From: Bdellovibrionota bacterium
GTDB taxonomy: Bacteria > Bdellovibrionota > UBA1018 > UBA923
Assembly (NCBI GenBank): GCA_040754655.1
Contig: JBFMCE010000072.1
Coordinates: forward strand, 1 to 20,471
Direction of reading: 5' to 3'
Length of the DNA stretch: 20,471 nt
The notes under the pieces were generated by a model, which had not been told where the DNA came from, did not search any database, and worked only from the letters and a program-made list of their open reading frames with translations. How positions within the stretch are numbered: the first letter of the stretch is position 1; each line of letters starts with the position of its first letter. A program made the translations under genes and the position numbers. This document shows, piece by piece, positions 16,406 to 20,471 of the stretch.

Positions 16406-17388
16406 GGCACATTCGAGATGGCGGTCAGAGTCCAAGGGTTAGCCGACGTTTGGTCGACGTTGCGAACGAATGTCCACTCTTCTTCGAAGCGAACCGGCTC
16501 ATTGCGATCGCCCGCGACGACGGCCTGGGTGCCTTCGTCGATCGTGTAATCAAGAAGTTGGGCTTTGAATCTCAACGTTGCATACTCTTTCCCGAACTCT
16601 TGCCAGGCTTCGACAAGCTCTGAATCGCGCACGGCGATGTTTTCAAGTTTGTTGATCCTGCGAGACCGCTTCAATTCTTCGACATCAGCGCTCAAAAGCT
16701 CATGGAATTGAGGCGCGATTAGGCCCTGTGTCGCGCTCAAGTCACGGCTATTCCAGGCTGATTGTATTTTGAGGAAATCATCCATGCGTTGTTCTTTGAA
16801 TCGTTTTAAATCAAAGTTGTTGTCATAGCGCTGCAAAGTACGAGCTTGATCGAGCTCGGCATCGAAGAACGGTCCCGTGCCGCGTACTTCTTGCAGTTTC
16901 TCATAAGCGCCATCGACCTCTCCCTGGTGCTGACGCCTTGTCAGTATCGCAGGTCCGGCGGCAGCCATCTTGCGCTGAACAAAAACGCGGAACAAGAAAA
17001 AACCAAGCCCCGCCAAGAGCAGGATCTCGAGTAAACCTACGCCGCCTGCGCCGTGTCCACCCGGGCCGGCGCCAAAACCTAGGCTGCGAAAGAGCATCGA
17101 GCCAATGAATCCACCTGCGAGACCGCCTAGGATTCCAGTCATCACCGGATTTCGGCCCACCGATTGCGGTTGAACGGAACCCGGGGCCTGGCGATTCTGG
17201 TAGTTTGAAGAGTTTTGATCTTGATAATGGTTTTGTCTGGGGGCTTGTTGCCGTTGGCTGTAGCCAAATCCTCTTGAACCACGAAAGCCTGATGAGCGTC
17301 CGCCGCCCACCCTCGCCTCGGCGTCAAAAGAAAACACAAGTACTGCGAGTGCAAGGAAGATGCTGGCGAGTGGTCGAATTTTTTTCAT
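16402..17388 (-). CDS. Tim44 domain-containing membrane protein (328 aa)
   Basis: Signal AEA|RVGGGRSSG.RGSR, Gln-rich linker, GGLAGG..GSML TM hairpin, C-terminal FD...F...IQ.AW...FEEEWTFVR...W.L.AI. Confidence 0.9.
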   Translation of the reverse strand: MKKIRPLASIFLALAVLVFSFDAEARVGGGRSSGFRGSRGFGYSQRQQAPRQNHYQDQNSSNYQNRQAPGSVQPQSVGRNPVMTGILGGLAGGFIGSMLFRSLGFGAGPGGHGAGGVGLLEILLLAGLGFFLFRVFVQRKMAAAGPAILTRRQHQGEVDGAYEKLQEVRGTGPFFDAELDQARTLQRYDNNFDLKRFKEQRMDDFLKIQSAWNSRDLSATQGLIAPQFHELLSADVEELKRSRRINKLENIAVRDSELVEAWQEFGKEYATLRFKAQLLDYTIDEGTQAVVAGDRNEPVRFEEEWTFVRNVDQTSANPWTLTAISNVP

Positions 17389-17393
17389 GGCTT

Positions 17394-17422
17394 TTTATCT
17401 CGAAACTAAGCGCCAAAGTCAA
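17394..17422 (-). promoter_or_regulatory. Putative promoter directly upstream of the Tim44 start
   Basis: Minus strand TTGACT (17422-17417), 17 nt, GATAAA (17399-17394), then 5 nt to ATG 17388. Confidence 0.3.
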
Positions 17423-17441
17423 CAGAACAGCTTTTGTAGCT

Positions 17442-18728
17442 TCAATTGTGGCTGGCGACAAGGCTGCGGTGAAAATCAAGAACCGCGGAATCAAGAAAGA
17501 TCGAATCTGCATTCCATCCCTCGATCCATAGCCCTGCTGGGCTGCTCGCGCGGCTGAGAGCGACATAGGCCTGGCCTGGCTCCCATAGCCTGCGCAAATC
17601 GACGGTCATCTGGTCAAGCGTGGTTCCTTGCGCTTTATGAATCGTCAGCGCATACGCCAAAGTGACCGGAAAGTTCGAAGCCGTTGCGATCGGGCTTCCA
17701 TCGGCGTCGAGCATGGTGAAGTCGCTTTTTTCAAGGAAGATTTCGCGTTGGCTGGCGAGCAGGCGAATGCCCAAGCGCAGGGTATCAATGCTCGTGATAT
17801 GACCTAAGCTGCCGTTGACCCAGCGTCCTCGCACATCATTCTGCCTCATCATGACCAGCGCGCCTTTTCTGAGCGAAATGTTCTCAGGAATAGGTGCATT
17901 CTTCTTGAAAGACTCGATCGACTTTAAATCACCCCGATAGTCGGTTTTAAAGTCATGAAGCGGGGTTGAAAGATGCGAAAGCCTTTCTAGGTTGTAACGC
18001 TCCACTTCTTCGCGGCGGCCAAACAGTCTTGTGCCCTCGAAGTCTTTTGGGATAGGCCGGCACCTGAAATCAAGGAATTCACGGACGGCAGCCGTCACCC
18101 GGCCGTAGCGCACGAGATTGAGCACATTTAAAAACTCAGTATCTGTTGTGCGCATGATTTGCCTGAGAATCGCGGGACGAAACTCGCTGCGGTGCCAACT
18201 TGGGTCTTTAAAAGCCCATTCTTTGTTGCGTCCGAACGCATTGACAGGCGGGAGCTGGCAGAAGTCGCCGACGGCGATGATCCTCATGCCGCCCCAAGGC
18301 CTTGTATTGCCCCGAGCCCTGCGTGCGATTTCTTCGGCTGCGGCCAAGGTAGCGCCCCCGAGCATCGAGATTTCATCAATGATGATCGCTTCGGTCTTTT
18401 TGATACGGCGAACTACACGACGGTTGCGCAACGCTCTGTCAACCGTCGCGCCGGCGCCGCCTTCCATGATCCCCAATCCAAAGAAGCTGTGAAAGGTGCG
18501 TCCTGCGACCAATATAGCTGCTGCTCCTGTGGTCGCGAGCACGGGAAAGAGGTCAGGATCTTTGTCACGCAAGAAGTGGCGAAGCAAAAAACTTTTTCCG
18601 CTGCCCGCCGCTCCAGTGAGAAAGACGTTTGAAGCGCTTTTTAACGTCTCAAGCGCAAGGTGTTGATCAGAGTTCAACCCTTGAACCTTGCTGATCTGAG
18701 CGCCTTCCATTTCGGTCGTGATTTCCAT
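17442..18728 (-). CDS. Pif1-family (SF1B) DNA helicase (428 aa)
   Basis: FLTGAAGSGKS, ATTGAAA...GRTFHSFFG, IIDEISM, PWGG...GDFCQLPPV, VNG..G, AYALTIHKAQG.TL, GQAYVALSR. GAGAGG SD before ATG 18728. Confidence 0.93.
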   Translation of the reverse strand: MEITTEMEGAQISKVQGLNSDQHLALETLKSASNVFLTGAAGSGKSFLLRHFLRDKDPDLFPVLATTGAAAILVAGRTFHSFFGLGIMEGGAGATVDRALRNRRVVRRIKKTEAIIIDEISMLGGATLAAAEEIARRARGNTRPWGGMRIIAVGDFCQLPPVNAFGRNKEWAFKDPSWHRSEFRPAILRQIMRTTDTEFLNVLNLVRYGRVTAAVREFLDFRCRPIPKDFEGTRLFGRREEVERYNLERLSHLSTPLHDFKTDYRGDLKSIESFKKNAPIPENISLRKGALVMMRQNDVRGRWVNGSLGHITSIDTLRLGIRLLASQREIFLEKSDFTMLDADGSPIATASNFPVTLAYALTIHKAQGTTLDQMTVDLRRLWEPGQAYVALSRASSPAGLWIEGWNADSIFLDSAVLDFHRSLVASHN

Positions 18729-18751
18729 TTGCCTCTCGTGGTTCGTGAGTG

Positions 18752-18760
18752 ATGATAGCA
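18752..18760 (-). promoter_or_regulatory. Extended -10 promoter element of the helicase
   Basis: Minus strand TGCTATCAT (TGnTAnnAT), 23 nt upstream of the ATG. Confidence 0.4.
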
Positions 18761-18936
18761 CAGAAAGAACTCATGCAGGTTGGCCTTTGCTTCATCCGAT
18801 AAGATTCTTTCGAGAGCCGCGATGTGGTGCGTTGCAAAGTGTTCTGCGGTTGAAGCAGCTTTTCACAGTAGAACGGCAATAGGGTTGTGGTATTTATTGA
18901 AGCATCGCTATCTTTTATTATGCATTCATCATTCCC

Positions 18937-19791
18937 TTGTCTTATCTGCCGCTGGGGGTTCTTTACCGCCTCTCAGACGCCGTGTTTTTTTTCTTCTATT
19001 ACGTGATGGGCTACAGACGGAAGGTAGTCTTTGAAAACCTAAGAAACTCATTTCCTGAAAAAACCGATCAAGAAATTGAATCGATATCAAAGAAGTTCTA
19101 CAGCCATCTTTGCGATCTCATCATTGAGTCTATCAAAGGGTGTTCAATGTCGCGTGCCGAGGTGTTGAGAAGGCATCGTTATACGAATATCGAGGTTTTT
19201 AATAAATATTGCGAGGCGGGCAAGAGCGTTACGACCTTAGGCGCTCATTACGGGAATTGGGAGTGGGTGGCGCTTTCCCTTCCTCAAGTCGCGAAGTTTC
19301 AAACCTACGGGATCTTCCAGAAGATCAATAATCCCTTCCTTGATAGGGTGGTGAAGAAATCGCGCGAACGCAACGGGATGAAGTTGATCGGAAAGAAAGA
19401 AGTGGCGGCCACCCTCAAAGAAATGCAAGGACGGCGAATCAGCATGGGTTACATCGCAGACCAATCTCCTGCGAGAACGGGCCGAAATCACTGGGTGACT
19501 TTTCTCAACCAGGAAACCGCTGTCACGACTGGCTTTGAGTTCTTCGCGAAAGAGTACGATACACCGGTGATTTACCTGAATATCGTGAAAAAAAGACGTG
19601 GATATTACGAAGGAACATTTTATTCGGTCACGGATGAGCCGCGCAAAACAAGAGAGGGCGAGATTGCCGAGGCATTCATGCGTAGGCTTGAAGAAATCAT
19701 CCGCGGAAAACCAGAACACTGGCTTTGGAGCCATCGCAGGTGGAAGGTCAATCGTTCAGATTCCGCGATTGAGCCACGTTCCACAAGTTAA
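18937..19791 (+). CDS. Lipid A late acyltransferase / lysophospholipid acyltransferase family (LpxL/HtrB-like); start uncertain
   Basis: R...V..NL..SFPE, catalytic AHYGNWE, ADQ.P, V.FL...T, I...PEHWLWSHRRWK. The frame is open upstream to 18901. Confidence 0.92.
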   Translation: MSYLPLGVLYRLSDAVFFFFYYVMGYRRKVVFENLRNSFPEKTDQEIESISKKFYSHLCDLIIESIKGCSMSRAEVLRRHRYTNIEVFNKYCEAGKSVTTLGAHYGNWEWVALSLPQVAKFQTYGIFQKINNPFLDRVVKKSRERNGMKLIGKKEVAATLKEMQGRRISMGYIADQSPARTGRNHWVTFLNQETAVTTGFEFFAKEYDTPVIYLNIVKKRRGYYEGTFYSVTDEPRKTREGEIAEAFMRRLEEIIRGKPEHWLWSHRRWKVNRSDSAIEPRSTS

Positions 19792-19810
19792 TCAGAAAGG
19801 TGGGTTACTT

Positions 19811-20471
19811 ATGAAATTTTGGGAGCTTATTCTTTTTGCGTCTGTTTTCGTTCTTCAGCCTTACGCTCATTCAAAAGAGACGGCAAGACCCGCGGTAGAA
19901 GATGGGACGGTCACGAACTCGCTGGGGGTCACCTGGAAAAACGCTTACTGGCACGCTGTCAATATGAAGGCGTCTGATTTCATCACCGAGAAGGGCAAGA
20001 AAGAAAAAGCGTTGTCTGAGTTTCTAAAGAATGACGTCGTGATCGCTGAAGCCGATATCCGGTTCAATTCAAAGGGCGAGCTCGTCATGGCCCACGACGC
20101 CCAATATGCCGAAGGCTCGGATAAACCAGGGCATGCGCAAGATCGCCTCACCTTTAAGGAATGGTTCCTGGCGATCGCGAAAAGCCCCGTGCGTTTCAAG
20201 CCTGAAACCCATTTTGGTTGCACGAAAAAGGGCATGAAGTTGGATATCAAAGAAAACCTTAGCCCGGAATTCAAGAAGTTTGGGCTTGCATCCGATGCAG
20301 TGATTCGAACCATTCAAGAGGTTTTGAAAGACCCAAGATCAGGGCTTACTTCGCAAGACGTATTTGGCGGGAGAGTCGTGATAGCAAACGCGGATGTCGT
20401 TCTTGGACCAGGCGAAAGAGGCAAAGAAAGTCTTACCCGCGCCGCTTTAAATGTCGAGGATTTGAAAAAGT
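19811..20471 (+). CDS. Secreted FAM151/Menorin (DUF2181)-like PLC-type phosphodiesterase-fold protein, 3'-truncated by the window edge
   Basis: My translation: AAAGGTGG SD, ATG 19811, 220 codons with no stop. Signal peptide MKFWELILFASVFVLQPYAHS. Motifs WHAVN, IAEADI, VMAHD, LTFKEW, KGMKLDIK, NADVVLGP. Confidence 0.8.
   Translation, partial: MKFWELILFASVFVLQPYAHSKETARPAVEDGTVTNSLGVTWKNAYWHAVNMKASDFITEKGKKEKALSEFLKNDVVIAEADIRFNSKGELVMAHDAQYAEGSDKPGHAQDRLTFKEWFLAIAKSPVRFKPETHFGCTKKGMKLDIKENLSPEFKKFGLASDAVIRTIQEVLKDPRSGLTSQDVFGGRVVIANADVVLGPGERGKESLTRAALNVEDLKK

Noticed and set aside
648..18728. Methyltransferases plus helicase as a defence or restriction-modification island
   Set aside because: The methyltransferases lack DPPY/NPPY or PC motifs, the genes are dispersed, and there is no nuclease, integrase, transposase or repeat array.
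18781..18860. c-di-GMP-I riboswitch or tRNA interpretation (TCGAAAGA and GCAAAG on the minus strand)
   Set aside because: The GGCAAAC/GGGACGCAAA core and its spacing are absent, and there is no D or T-psi-C loop or cloverleaf.
19945..20317. Two minus-strand ORFs at the window end
   Set aside because: They are antisense to the + strand ORF starting at 19811, which has an SD, a signal peptide and family motifs.

Overview
This is a gene-dense bacterial chromosomal window of about 50% GC (by eye) with 18 coding loci and no rRNA, tRNA, CRISPR array or mobile element that I can see. The gene content suggests a Gram-negative, possibly Bdellovibrionota/Oligoflexia-like host (weak inference). In order it holds: a small hypothetical gene; a class I SAM methyltransferase; a broken HATPase-REC hybrid kinase; a minus-strand GH15 hydrolase / membrane protein / Tat-exported bicupin operon, divergent from an SDR and a second methyltransferase; a secreted alpha/beta hydrolase; a putative lipoprotein; a DUF2461 protein; a multi-PAS histidine kinase with an in-frame TAG in its G2 box; a secreted FAD-linked aldonolactone-oxidase-like protein; an ABC-F ATPase coupled to a Tim44-like protein; a Pif1-family helicase; and an LpxL/HtrB-family acyltransferase. 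The last gene is missing from the ORF track because it runs off the end. It encodes a secreted protein with the full motif series of the mostly animal FAM151/Menorin (DUF2181) family and is the best lead here. Other leads are the plant-GULLO-like oxidase, two complementary damaged kinases, near-leaderless sigma54-like and -7T-less sigma70-like promoters, and several structured intergenic elements. All family calls come from motif recognition by eye, not database searches.
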